Shown here piece by piece: positions 34,000-43,294 of a stretch of DNA of 47,464 bases (positions within the stretch are counted from its first letter, which is position 1; each line of letters opens with the position of its first letter). The notes under the pieces were generated by a model. That model was given only the letters and a program-made list of their open reading frames with translations. It ran no database searches and was not told the origin of the DNA. The DNA comes from Candidatus Parcubacteria bacterium. Its GTDB lineage: Bacteria; Patescibacteriota; Patescibacteriia; UBA9934; GWF2-40-263. The stretch spans positions 1 to 47,464 of the forward strand of contig VGKU01000001.1 in the NCBI GenBank assembly GCA_016882235.1, given 5' to 3'. Position numbers and translations under genes: made by a program.

Positions 34000-36675
34000 T
34001 TATACCGTCCCAACAGCCATCTTTGCCAGTCGTTTCTCGCCCCGCATCGTAATTTCCCCGCGCGCGGCGCCAATAGCAACCCGTGCGCCTTCACGGATCT
34101 CACCGGTGATAATTTTCATGGAAAGCGGATTCAAAATCAGGCTCTGGATCACGCGTTTGAGCGGACGCGCTCCGTAGGATGGGTCGTATCCTTTCTCGGC
34201 GATGAGTGTCTTCGCCGGCTCGGAAATTTCAAGGGTGATCCCGCGCAGGGACTTCAGACGATTGGACACACGCGAGAGCTGGAGTTCCACAATTTCTGCG
34301 ATAGCCTGTTTGCCAAGCGAATGGAACATGATGATATCGTCCACACGGTTCAAAAACTCGGGACGAAACGCTTCTTTCAAGAGACCCATCACGCGTCCTT
34401 TGATCTCATCCTCCTCGCTCTTGGCCTCGCGGTGGTCGTCAAACCCCATCCGCGCCGCGGTGGTGCTCGCGCTCAAAATCAAATCCGATCCCAGATTGCT
34501 CGTCATGATGATGATTGTATTTTTGAAGTTGACCACGCGCCCCTTCGCATCGGTCAAACGTCCGTCGTCTAAAATTTGCAATAACAGGTTGAAGGTATCG
34601 GGATGCGCCTTCTCAATCTCGTCAAGCAAAACCACCGAGTAGGGCCGACGGCGGATTATTTCCGTGAGCTGTCCGCCTTCCTCGTACCCGACATATCCGG
34701 GCGGAGAACCGATGATCTTTGCGCCCGCGTGTTTTTCCATATACTCGGACATATCCAGGCGTACAAGCGCCGTTTCATCGTTGAACATGAACTGCGCAAG
34801 CGCACGGGCAAGCTCGGTTTTTCCCACACCGGTCGGTCCCAGGAAAATAAACGACCCAATCGGCCGGTTTTCCTCGCCGATGCCGGCGCGTGACCGGCGA
34901 AGGGCGTTGGAAACCGCTTGAATCGCCTCTTTTTGTCCCACCACGCGCGCGGACAGCTTTTCTTCCATCTGTGCGAGTTTCGCCAGCTCTGACTCAAGCA
35001 TTTTAGCAACCGGAATATGTGTCCAGCGCGAAACAACCGTCGCGATATCTTCCTCCGTAATGACTTCCTTCAGTAAACCGCGTTCCTTTTGAAGTTTGGC
35101 AAGCGCTTGTTCCGTCTCACGCAGTCGCTTTTCCTGCGCCGGAATCTGCGCGTAACGGATTTCGGCCACTTTTTCCAAATCGCCGCGACGTTCTTCGATC
35201 TCCGCCTGCGCGCGCAGTCGCTCCACGGCCGTTTTAATTTCTTGAATCGTGGTAATTTTTTCCTTCTCGTTGCGCCATCGGCCTTCCAGCGCTCCGGCCC
35301 GCTCGCGTAAATCCGCCAACTGCCTTTCAATCTCTTTCAGTCGTGCTTTAGAGGTCCGGTCCTCCTCCTTTACCAATGCCTTCTGTTCAATCTCTAGGCG
35401 CATGATGTCGCGTTTGAGCATGTCCAATTCTTCGGGCATGGAATCAATCTGCATCCGAAGCGCGCTTGCCGCCTCATCCACCAAATCCACCGCCTTATCC
35501 GGGAGGTGTCGTTCCGTAATGTAGCGGGCGGAGAGTTGGGAAGCAGCCACGAGCGCCGGATCGGAAATGCGGACACCGTGGTGCACTTCGTACTTTTCCT
35601 TGATGCCGCGCAAAATGGCGATGGTATCGTCAATCGTCGGTTCTTCAACGATCACTGGCTGGAACCGTCGCTCCAGCGCAGGATCCTTTTCAATATAGCG
35701 CTGATACTCTTTAAGTGTTGTGGCACCGATCGCGCGCAGTTTCCCGCGTGCGAGCGCGGGCTTGAGCATATTGGACGCGTCCAATGATCCTCCCTCGGTC
35801 GTCCCGGTGCCGACCAACGTATGTAATTCATCAATAAACAAAATAATCCGGCCGTCGGAACCCTCAATTTCTTTCACGACCGCCTTCAGTCGATCTTCAA
35901 ACTCGCCGCGATATTTCGTCCCCGCAACCATGGAGCCGATGTCAAGCATCACGACCGATTTTTCTTTCAACAGTTCCGGCACGTCGCCAGAGACAATGCG
36001 CTGGGCAAGTCCTTCCACAATAGCCGTCTTGCCGACGCCCGCCTCACCGATCAACACCGGATTGTTTTTCGTGCGGCGCGAAAGCACCTGCATGATGCGC
36101 CGAATTTCGCTATCGCGCCCGATGATCGGGTCCAGTTCGCCGCGACGCGCGGATTCGGTCAGGTCCATGCCGTATTTCTGAAGCGCTTGGTAGCGCGATT
36201 CCGGCTCGGGGGTATCCACACGCTGACTGCCGCGGATATCTTTGAGCGCGCGCATGACATGTTCTTCCGTGATTTCATATCCGGAGAGCAGACGCGCGAT
36301 TGCCTTGTTGGTGAGCAGGCCAAGCAGGAGGTGCTCGGTGGAAATAAACTCGTCCGTAAATTCTTTGGACGCCTTCTGCGCCGCAGCCAGCACCGCGGCG
36401 GTCTGCTGGCTCATGTACAACTGCATCATCCCGCCACCTGCGGGAGCGCCGCCCATCTTTGGAAGCGTTTGCAGAATTTCGTCCACGTCCGCGTGTAGGC
36501 GGTCGCGCATGGGCGTGATCTTGTCAATGACCGGTGCGACAATACCGTCATCCTGCGAGATGAGGGACGCGAGCAGGTGGATCGGCTCAAGAGCCTGCTG
36601 GCCCAATTCAACGGCGATATGGTGCGCTCTTTGGAGCGCTTCTTGGGACTTGAGGGTAAAATTATTGGGAAGCAT
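34000..36675 (-). CDS. clpB: ATP-dependent chaperone ClpB
   Basis: An N-domain, two AAA+ modules (GEAGVGKT and GPTGVGKT) and a long coiled-coil M-domain are present. Confidence 0.95.
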   Translation of the reverse strand: MLPNNFTLKSQEALQRAHHIAVELGQQALEPIHLLASLISQDDGIVAPVIDKITPMRDRLHADVDEILQTLPKMGGAPAGGGMMQLYMSQQTAAVLAAAQKASKEFTDEFISTEHLLLGLLTNKAIARLLSGYEITEEHVMRALKDIRGSQRVDTPEPESRYQALQKYGMDLTESARRGELDPIIGRDSEIRRIMQVLSRRTKNNPVLIGEAGVGKTAIVEGLAQRIVSGDVPELLKEKSVVMLDIGSMVAGTKYRGEFEDRLKAVVKEIEGSDGRIILFIDELHTLVGTGTTEGGSLDASNMLKPALARGKLRAIGATTLKEYQRYIEKDPALERRFQPVIVEEPTIDDTIAILRGIKEKYEVHHGVRISDPALVAASQLSARYITERHLPDKAVDLVDEAASALRMQIDSMPEELDMLKRDIMRLEIEQKALVKEEDRTSKARLKEIERQLADLRERAGALEGRWRNEKEKITTIQEIKTAVERLRAQAEIEERRGDLEKVAEIRYAQIPAQEKRLRETEQALAKLQKERGLLKEVITEEDIATVVSRWTHIPVAKMLESELAKLAQMEEKLSARVVGQKEAIQAVSNALRRSRAGIGEENRPIGSFIFLGPTGVGKTELARALAQFMFNDETALVRLDMSEYMEKHAGAKIIGSPPGYVGYEEGGQLTEIIRRRPYSVVLLDEIEKAHPDTFNLLLQILDDGRLTDAKGRVVNFKNTIIIMTSNLGSDLILSASTTAARMGFDDHREAKSEEDEIKGRVMGLLKEAFRPEFLNRVDDIIMFHSLGKQAIAEIVELQLSRVSNRLKSLRGITLEISEPAKTLIAEKGYDPSYGARPLKRVIQSLILNPLSMKIITGEIREGARVAIGAARGEITMRGEKRLAKMAVGTV

Positions 36676-36708
36676 AAGCCATGTTCGTCTCCTGGCGAAG
36701 CGCCATGA

Positions 36709-36735
36709 TTAGCACTCGCTATCATAGAGTGCTAA
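36709..36735. promoter_or_regulatory. CIRCE operator (HrcA binding site), perfect consensus
   Basis: TTAGCACTC-GCTATCATA-GAGTGCTAA matches TTAGCACTC-N9-GAGTGCTAA exactly. It lies 34 nt upstream of the clpB ATG. Confidence 0.88.
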
Positions 36736-36749
36736 TCCGATTTCGTCAA
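36721..36749 (-). promoter_or_regulatory. clpB promoter TTGACG-17-TATGAT overlapping CIRCE
   Basis: On the minus strand, TTGACG (complement of 36744-36749) is followed by a 17-nt spacer that is largely the CIRCE arm. TATGAT (complement of 36721-36726) sits inside the CIRCE spacer. Confidence 0.55.
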
Positions 36750-36856
36750 GCGAAAATATCCCCAAATCCGTGGTGGAGAGCTGCTGTAAAGTAAAAGTAT
36801 GCTAGCATTGGAAACAGAAAACGGGCTTTAAAGCCATCTCATGAGCTACAGGGACT

Positions 36857-37663
36857 ATGGTGACGCTATTTGGCGTGAGAATTGATGCGATTGGACAAGA
36901 GCGCTTGGAACAGACCCTGACACACTGGCTTGACCAAGTCAGCCGTCACACCATCTTTACGCCTAATCCGGAATTCCTGCTTACGGCACGGAAAGACCGT
37001 GCGTTTGCCGAACTTCTCAATCAGTCTTCGCTCTCCCTGCCTGATGGGATCGGTCTTCGGTTTGCCGCCTCGGCGCTAGGCCAGGAACGCATTGAGGAAC
37101 GCGTGACTGGCGTGGACACGCTCTTGTTGTGCGCGCGTGTCTGTGCGCGGAAAAAGAAACGGCTTCTGTTGTTGGGAGGAGCAGATCTCGTAGCAGAACG
37201 CGCCGCTCTCGCGCTGAAAACACAGATGGCCGACCTTGAGGTGGTGGCGATGAATCCCGGCGAGCTCTCTGGCTCGTTTCAGACGGTTGCTGTCTCTAAA
37301 ACGGTCTGGGACAACGTGCGCGGGCATCAACCGGATGTCATCGCCGTCGCGTTGGGGCAGGGGAAACAAGAACGGTTTTGTCTGGACGCGTTGGAACAGG
37401 TCCCGACGCTGCACATCGCAATGGCCATCGGCGGTGCGCTCGATATGGTGAGTGGCCGTCGCGCGCGCTGTCCACACTGGATGCGCCGTAGCGGCTTTGA
37501 GTGGGTCTGGCGTGTGCTGATTGAACCCAGCCGCATCCGACGCATCTGGCGCGCGGTCATCGTCTTCCCGCTTACGGTCGCATGGGATACACTAAGGTTT
37601 CGGAGGTTTTGGAAAGCGGTCAGGAGTGTTTTTCATGAAATCATTTCTGTATGGACAAGATAA
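36857..37663 (+). CDS. WecG/TagA/CpsF-family glycosyltransferase
   Basis: IFTPNPEFLLTARKD...SLSLPDGIGL matches the family, and GQGKQERF is present. Confidence 0.8.
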   Translation: MVTLFGVRIDAIGQERLEQTLTHWLDQVSRHTIFTPNPEFLLTARKDRAFAELLNQSSLSLPDGIGLRFAASALGQERIEERVTGVDTLLLCARVCARKKKRLLLLGGADLVAERAALALKTQMADLEVVAMNPGELSGSFQTVAVSKTVWDNVRGHQPDVIAVALGQGKQERFCLDALEQVPTLHIAMAIGGALDMVSGRRARCPHWMRRSGFEWVWRVLIEPSRIRRIWRAVIVFPLTVAWDTLRFRRFWKAVRSVFHEIISVWTR

Positions 37664-39075
37664 AAACCCGTTTTCCGCCATCGCCCACGGGGTTCCTGCA
37701 CATCGGATCCCTACGTACGGCGTTATACAACTACTACTTCGCCCGCAAGCACGGGGGCGCGTTCGTCTTGCGCATTGAGGACACGGACCGCTCGCGCTAT
37801 GTGGAGGGGGCGGTGGAGTCGCTTCTGCGTACGCTCAAACGGATGGAGATTGATGTGGATGAGGGACCATTCGTTCAGTCGGAGCGTCTGGAGATCTACC
37901 GCGCACACGCACAACAACTGGTGCAAGCCGGCCACGCGTATAGATGTTTTTGTTCCAAAGAACGTTTGGAGGAGTTGCGCGCGGTCCAACAGACCGCCAA
38001 ACAGCCGACAAAATACGATCGCGCGTGTTTGACATTAGCGACGGATGAGGTAGAGGCACGGATCGCGCGCGGAGATGCCTCGGTCGTGCGTATGCGCATA
38101 CCGGAAGGCGAAACGTCTTTTGAAGACGAGGTGCGCGGACGGGTGACTATCCAGAATAAAGAACTGGACGACCAAGTGCTTCTCAAAGCCGACGGGTTTC
38201 CGACGTATCACCTCGCCGTCGTTGTGGACGATCATTTGATGGGAATAACGCACGTCATTCGCGGCGAAGAATGGATCTCCTCGGTCCCCAAGCATATCTT
38301 ACTGTACCAATGGTTTGGTTTCCCGTTGCCGGTTTTTGCGCATCTGCCCCTGATTCTCAATCCCGACCGCTCCAAACTGTCCAAGCGCCAGGGTGATGTT
38401 TCTGTGGAGGACTATTTTGAAAAGGGCTTTCTGGAAGAAGCGCTTGGCAACTATGTCTCCTTGCTCGGATTCAATCCGGGAGGCGATCGTGAGATCTATT
38501 CCCGCGAGGAGCTGATTGCAGCGTTTGACCTCAAAAAACTCAATAAGAGTGGAGCCGTCTTTGATGTCAACAAGCTCCTGTGGATGAACGGACAGTACCT
38601 CAAAAACCTTCCGGCCGACGAGTTGGCCTTGCGTGTGCGGCCCTGGCTTGAACACGGGGCAGGGGACGTGCCAGAACAGCTTCTTCAAAAGGTCTGTGAT
38701 GTAGAAAAAACGCGTATGTCCTTGTTGTCTGACATCCGCAACATCATCCCCATGTACCTTCATCAACCAGATATTTCCCCAGATTTGCTCGTCTGGAAAA
38801 CAGCAGACAGGGAAGATGCCCTGTTACAGCTCAAGGGGGTGCGCGAACGAATGGATGCCTGTGATGACAAAACGTTTTCAACACCCGGACTGGTGGAAGA
38901 AACGCTGAAACGGTATATTGAAGAGAGGAATCTCGGGACCGGCAATGTGCTGTGGCCCCTGCGCGTTGCGCTTTCGGGCGCCAAACGCTCACCCGGACCA
39001 CATGAACTTGCCTGGGTCTTGGGAAAGGAGGAAACGATTCGCCGCATTGATCATGCGACTTCGCTACTTGCTTAG
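37651..39075 (+). CDS. gltX: Glutamate--tRNA ligase
   Basis: RFPPSPTGFLHIGSLRTALYNY (HIGH motif) and KLSKRQG (KMSKS motif) are present. Confidence 0.93.
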   Translation: MDKIKTRFPPSPTGFLHIGSLRTALYNYYFARKHGGAFVLRIEDTDRSRYVEGAVESLLRTLKRMEIDVDEGPFVQSERLEIYRAHAQQLVQAGHAYRCFCSKERLEELRAVQQTAKQPTKYDRACLTLATDEVEARIARGDASVVRMRIPEGETSFEDEVRGRVTIQNKELDDQVLLKADGFPTYHLAVVVDDHLMGITHVIRGEEWISSVPKHILLYQWFGFPLPVFAHLPLILNPDRSKLSKRQGDVSVEDYFEKGFLEEALGNYVSLLGFNPGGDREIYSREELIAAFDLKKLNKSGAVFDVNKLLWMNGQYLKNLPADELALRVRPWLEHGAGDVPEQLLQKVCDVEKTRMSLLSDIRNIIPMYLHQPDISPDLLVWKTADREDALLQLKGVRERMDACDDKTFSTPGLVEETLKRYIEERNLGTGNVLWPLRVALSGAKRSPGPHELAWVLGKEETIRRIDHATSLLA

Positions 39076-40237
39076 CGCGATTCTCATAAGCGCATCCCTG
39101 TTTGCGGGAGGCGTCTTTGCGATGGCGCAAGAAGATGTGGGTGTTCTTAACCGCCAGATCGCGGAACGCAAAGGGAGCATTGAACAGATTAACAAGCGCA
39201 TCGGCGAATACCAGAAAAAAATTGAGGCGGTCCAGCGCGAAAAAGCGAGCCTCCAAGTTGAGTTGGAACTGTTGGACAATCGGATTGCGAAAACCGAATT
39301 GGAAATCACAGAAACCAAAGAACAGATCGGGCTCATCAATACGGAACTCTCGCTCCTGCAAAAACAGCTCATGCAACTGCAGAGGAATCTGGAAGAGCAT
39401 AAACGGTTGATGATGGGCGTGCTCCAAAAAATTCAAACAAAAGATCAAAACTTGGCCATTGAAGCGCTCTTTGGATCCAAATCGCTCTCCGAACTGTTTG
39501 ATGAAGTCCAGTCGCTTGAGACCATCAACGCTGACCTGAAAGACGCGCTGGAGAAGACCAAACGAGCCAAGGCGGCTGTAGAGGAAAAACAAGAAATTCA
39601 GGAAGGAAAAAAGAAAACCATGGAAGAGTTGGAGGGTGCGCTCGCGGCGGAAAAGACGCGGCTGGAGGAAGAAATCGGCGCGCAGAGTCTGCTGGTGGCG
39701 CAGACACAGCGTTCAGAGGATGCGTTTCGGACACTGGTTCGCGAATTACGGGAAGAACAATCGTTCATCAACAACCAGATTTCTGCGCTCCAACAGCGCC
39801 TGGAAGACCGACTGATCGCCAATGATCAAGCCGGGGATGTCTCCGCGCTTTCCTGGCCGATTGACCCGTCTGCGCGTGGGATTTCTTCCGGTTTTCATGA
39901 TCCAACCTACCCATTTCGGCGCCTATTTGAGCACTCCGGCGTGGACTTGCCGGCTCCGACCGGTACACCGATTCGTGCCGCCGCTTCCGGATATGTAGCC
40001 TGGGCGAGGAAGGGAAGACAGTACGGCAATTATGTGATGGTGATCCACGCCAACGGACTCGCGACGCTGTATGCGCACATGTCGCGTGTGGATGTGACAG
40101 CGGATCAGTTCGTACAACGCGGAAGCGTGATTGGAGCGGTGGGGAACACCGGGCTTTCTACCGGTCCGCATGTGCACTTTGAAGTGCGTAAAAACGGCAT
40201 TCCAGTCAATCCAATAAACTACCTGACATCTCGATAG
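39053..40237 (+). CDS. EnvC-like coiled-coil M23 metallopeptidase
   Basis: The internal ATG at 39053 gives the signal/TM MRLRYLLSAILISASLFAGGVFA. A long coiled coil follows. The M23 motifs HSGVD and GPHVHFE are present. Confidence 0.85.
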   Translation: MRLRYLLSAILISASLFAGGVFAMAQEDVGVLNRQIAERKGSIEQINKRIGEYQKKIEAVQREKASLQVELELLDNRIAKTELEITETKEQIGLINTELSLLQKQLMQLQRNLEEHKRLMMGVLQKIQTKDQNLAIEALFGSKSLSELFDEVQSLETINADLKDALEKTKRAKAAVEEKQEIQEGKKKTMEELEGALAAEKTRLEEEIGAQSLLVAQTQRSEDAFRTLVRELREEQSFINNQISALQQRLEDRLIANDQAGDVSALSWPIDPSARGISSGFHDPTYPFRRLFEHSGVDLPAPTGTPIRAAASGYVAWARKGRQYGNYVMVIHANGLATLYAHMSRVDVTADQFVQRGSVIGAVGNTGLSTGPHVHFEVRKNGIPVNPINYLTSR

Positions 40238-40245
40238 CGTCCTGT

Positions 40246-40458
40246 ATGACTCTTGAACTGGCGTTCTTCGTTCTCGGATGGATCTTCGTTGGTATTCCCA
40301 CCGTCATTTTTTTGGGCGTCAGCTTTTCTATGATCAAGGGAGCTGCCACAGACGATGAAACCGTTAAGGCGCTTGTACTCCTCAGCCTGACCTCCTTTTT
40401 CATGGGTGCGATCATTCTCCTTGTCCTCTACCTCACAAACTTATTTGAACGATTTTGA
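40246..40458 (+). CDS. Small hypothetical two-TM membrane protein (70 aa)
   Basis: Two clear hydrophobic helices are present. The ATG lies 8 nt after the M23 stop. No homology is recognised. Confidence 0.45.
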   Translation: MTLELAFFVLGWIFVGIPTVIFLGVSFSMIKGAATDDETVKALVLLSLTSFFMGAIILLVLYLTNLFERF

Positions 40459-40459
40459 G

Positions 40460-40800
40460 GCGTCGCACAATAAATGTTATACGACACATAAGAAATGGCG
40501 AAAGCCATTTCTTATGTGTCGTATAACATGGCGCACATTGTAAGACGCTGATACAAACCTCTGCTAGCGTCACACAATGTGCTTGGAACTCATCATAACT
40601 GCGCTAGCCGTTTCTCATGTGTCGTATAACATAGCGCACATTGTAAGACACTGATACAAGCCTCTGCTAGCGTCCTACAATGTGCTTGGAATTCACTTTA
40701 GCGCATAACGTACAATGAACTCACAGCGACGGCTAGCGCCGCTGTAAGACATCCATCTAAGCATCTGCTAGCGTCGTACACCGTGCGTGGTTCTTTCCCG
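40460..40800 (+). repeat. Degenerate ~103-nt tandem units (about 3.3 copies) with conserved internal hairpins; candidate structured ncRNA or binding-site array
   Basis: The anchor motif GCGTCnnACA recurs at 40460, 40567, 40670 and 40771. Copies 40508-40593 and 40611-40697 are roughly 90 percent identical. Hairpins lie at 40533-40582 and 40636-40685. GCTAGC occurs five times. Confidence 0.7.
40474..40529 (+). repeat. Perfect 26-bp hairpin with GAAA tetraloop
   Basis: 40474-40499 (ATGTTATACGACACATAAGAAATGGC) is the exact reverse complement of 40504-40529. The loop is GAAA. Confidence 0.88.
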
Positions 40801-40804
40801 GATG

Positions 40805-40888
40805 TCTCTGTGTTCTCTTCTCTCCTCTCTTCAACCCTCTCCCCCATTTACATTTTACGACGCCACAGTTTTTCTCCTTTCTTTTTTC
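40805..40888 (+). repeat. Polypyrimidine (plus strand) / polypurine (minus strand) tracts
   Basis: 40813-40845 has only two purines in 33 nt (TTCTCTTCTCTCCTCTCTTCAACCCTCTCCCCC). 40869-40888 is all pyrimidine. Confidence 0.75.
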
Positions 40889-40914
40889 ACTGTAAGCACT
40901 TACGTGTCTCTGCT

Positions 40915-41736
40915 CTATTTGAAATAGACATGATCGCCAAATCGCAAATCAATGTACTCCAGCTTGCTTCGATCTGGGGATTTTTCACGCAGGACTGTCT
41001 CCAGACGCGCGGCTTGAAGATCAACATCTGTTGAGGCATCAAATAGAATGCGATAGCCGTCGGAGGTGACCACACCGATCCACTTGCCTGCCAGGCGATC
41101 AAATTCCGTCTGAACAAACGTAATGCTTTGGGCCCCAAGGTGTTCATGGAAACGGAACACAGCCTCCGTTTCTTCACGCGTCAGGACAATGTCCCCTACC
41201 GCGACGGAAACAGCATTTCGGTCCACGAACAGTGGCAGAATCGCTGAGAGATGTTCCAACTCGTCTGCGGCATCTAACAGTCGGATCACCACGCCCTCCA
41301 GATCTACGACGGCCGTCTGGGAGCCCGTCTTCCAAATAAGCTGAGATGTGCGCTCCACGAGTCGCATCTCAACCAGTCTTCCCTGTTGAACGATTTGCAA
41401 ATCGCGAAAGGCAAACGTGCTGTTGAGTTTCGTAGCAAAGGCGCCAGGATCAAACAAAAACCGGTTTTTGCGCAGATCTCGATGAATGGCCTGAACGAGC
41501 TGGACGCGATCCAAATGTTTCACCCCGACGATATGCACGCGTGTGATGTTGAAAAAGGGATGCAGGAAGAAAAACGCAGAGATGGCCGAAATGACACCAC
41601 AGATGGCAAGGGCTATCCAGAGCGATCGCGAAAATGCCGTGGATGTATCGGCTCGAAAATACGGGTTGCGATACGTCCGCTCCTCGTATTTTTTTTGCTG
41701 GCTGCGTTGAAAAAAGTCCCGCTTGCGCATAGGCAA
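40915..41736 (-). CDS. ftsQ: Cell division protein FtsQ/DivIB (POTRA domain)
   Basis: A basic N-terminus is followed by a single TM (LWIALAICGVISAISAFFFL). A POTRA-like ITRVHIVGVKHLDRVQLVQAI follows. It lies next to alr in a cell-wall gene context. Confidence 0.72.
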   Translation of the reverse strand: MPMRKRDFFQRSQQKKYEERTYRNPYFRADTSTAFSRSLWIALAICGVISAISAFFFLHPFFNITRVHIVGVKHLDRVQLVQAIHRDLRKNRFLFDPGAFATKLNSTFAFRDLQIVQQGRLVEMRLVERTSQLIWKTGSQTAVVDLEGVVIRLLDAADELEHLSAILPLFVDRNAVSVAVGDIVLTREETEAVFRFHEHLGAQSITFVQTEFDRLAGKWIGVVTSDGYRILFDASTDVDLQAARLETVLREKSPDRSKLEYIDLRFGDHVYFK

Positions 41737-41739
41737 CGG

Positions 41740-42873
41740 CTACCCCACAATCACCCGTGGTAAGAGTGGGTTGATCCGCGCAATGATCTCATAGGGAATC
41801 GTCTGACATTTGCGCGCGAGCTCCGCGGCCGTCACTTCGTGACGACCGTCCACGCCGATGAGCGTCGCCACCTGTTCCTTTTCCACCTTCGGAACCGCCG
41901 AGATATCGGCCATGATCATGTTCATACAGACCCGTCCCATAACCTTGCACCGGTGCCCACCTACCAACACTTCCCCCACGGACGACAATCGCCGGTCATA
42001 CCCGTCCCAGTACCCCACAGGCAAGACGGCGATGCGGCTGCGCTGTTTGAGCCGCTCGGTGAGCCCGTAGCTGATCGGCGTGCCAGTCGGAAGCGATTTG
42101 ATCTGCGCGATTCGCGTTTTCCACCGCAAGACCGGCCGTAAATCGCACGAGATATTCTGCTTGCGGATCAGTTCCTCAATCATCGGCGTTGGCCAAAGGC
42201 CATAGAGGGAAATCCCCGCGCGCACCAGAGTTCCATGCGTATCGGGAAACAGCAGAATGGCCGCTGAACAGGCGCAGTGGATAAACTCCGGCGAAAATCC
42301 ATGCCGTGTGGCCGCCGCGACGGCCTCTGTAAACCGTGAAAACTGCAGGGAGGCGTATTCCGGATTGGCTGTGTCCTCAATGTTTGCAAAATGCGTAGAC
42401 AAACCCGACAGAACAAGGTGCTTGCTTCGGCCGATTTCCAACAGCAAATCGTCTAAATCGTCCATCAACACCCCCTGCCGCGACGTGCCGGTTTCCACTT
42501 TCACATGGATACGCGCGGCCGACGCGGTGGATGCCGCGATGGTCTCGGCGTGCAAGACCCCTTCCCTGTCGTAAACGGTCAGTTCAATATTTTCGCGAAT
42601 GGCCTCGGCAAACCGGTGAAACATGACATAGCCGATCACCACAATGAGCGCGCTTGGAAACAACGCTCGAAGCTCGAGCGCATCGTCAAGTTCGTCCACC
42701 GCAAACGCGCTGACCCCTGCTCTGCTGGCAATCTGCGCCACCTCCTTCATCCCATGGCCGTACGCGTTTGCTTTCACGACGGCACAAAAACGCGCCCCCT
42801 CTGAAAGGGCACGCAACGTTTTAATGTTTGAGATGAGCGCCTGCTCGTCGAGTTCCACCCAAGTCCGATGCAT
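41740..42873 (-). CDS. alr: Alanine racemase
   Basis: The internal ATG at 42873 begins MHRTWVELD. The PLP-lysine motif AVVKANAYGHG is present. Confidence 0.9.
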   Translation of the reverse strand: MHRTWVELDEQALISNIKTLRALSEGARFCAVVKANAYGHGMKEVAQIASRAGVSAFAVDELDDALELRALFPSALIVVIGYVMFHRFAEAIRENIELTVYDREGVLHAETIAASTASAARIHVKVETGTSRQGVLMDDLDDLLLEIGRSKHLVLSGLSTHFANIEDTANPEYASLQFSRFTEAVAAATRHGFSPEFIHCACSAAILLFPDTHGTLVRAGISLYGLWPTPMIEELIRKQNISCDLRPVLRWKTRIAQIKSLPTGTPISYGLTERLKQRSRIAVLPVGYWDGYDRRLSSVGEVLVGGHRCKVMGRVCMNMIMADISAVPKVEKEQVATLIGVDGRHEVTAAELARKCQTIPYEIIARINPLLPRVIVG

Positions 42874-42875
42874 AG

Positions 42876-43280
42876 TCAGTTGCCACAGGAACAATGCGCG
42901 CAACGCCCGGTTTCCACCTCCTCCACGGACCGGATCGGAATGTGCCGATGCGTCTGCATCCATGCGCGCAGAGCTGACTCCAGTTCCTGCTGATCGTGTC
43001 CCAAAACAATCACGTCCGGGTTGACATCATCCAGAATCCCAAATGTGCTCAAGCCCTCATCGCACAATCGCACGTCGTCCACGAACCCAAGCGCGGCAAC
43101 GGCGTCCAATCGTTCTGTTTCTCTCAAACGCGGCTCGTGCCCTTTGAGCGCGCGCACCTGCGCATCGCGCGCCACGGCGACAAACAACGCATCACCGAAG
43201 GAACGCGCCATGCGCAAAAAAAACACATGTCCTTCATGCAAACCGTCAAATGTCCCAAACGCCAGCGCGCGTGTCGCCAT
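42876..43280 (-). CDS. Small cytidylyl/adenylyltransferase-fold protein (HxGH nucleotidyltransferase)
   Basis: FGTFDGLHEGHVFFL gives the HxGH motif typical of the TagD/RfaE-II/FAD-synthetase-N family. The protein is 134 aa. Confidence 0.62.
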   Translation of the reverse strand: MATRALAFGTFDGLHEGHVFFLRMARSFGDALFVAVARDAQVRALKGHEPRLRETERLDAVAALGFVDDVRLCDEGLSTFGILDDVNPDVIVLGHDQQELESALRAWMQTHRHIPIRSVEEVETGRCAHCSCGN

Positions 43281-43294
43281 AGCAAAACCAAACG

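Noticed and set aside
38831-39592. 253-aa minus-strand ORF
   Set aside because: It is antisense to the gltX 3' end and the coiled-coil part of the M23 peptidase. It mirrors the Glu/Lys/Leu-rich coding strand.
40460-40800. CRISPR array or DGR template/variable repeat pair
   Set aside because: It is not CRISPR. The period is about 103 nt with only about 3 degenerate copies, there is no short invariant repeat with unique spacers, and there are no cas genes. It is not a DGR. Mismatches between copies are not adenine-specific (T/C, G/A, A/G, C/T), both copies are non-coding, and no reverse transcriptase is nearby.
40783-41034. 83-aa plus-strand ORF starting in the polypyrimidine tract
   Set aside because: It is translated from the low-complexity CT tract (Ser/Leu/Phe-rich) and then runs antisense into ftsQ. 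It has no RBS or promoter.
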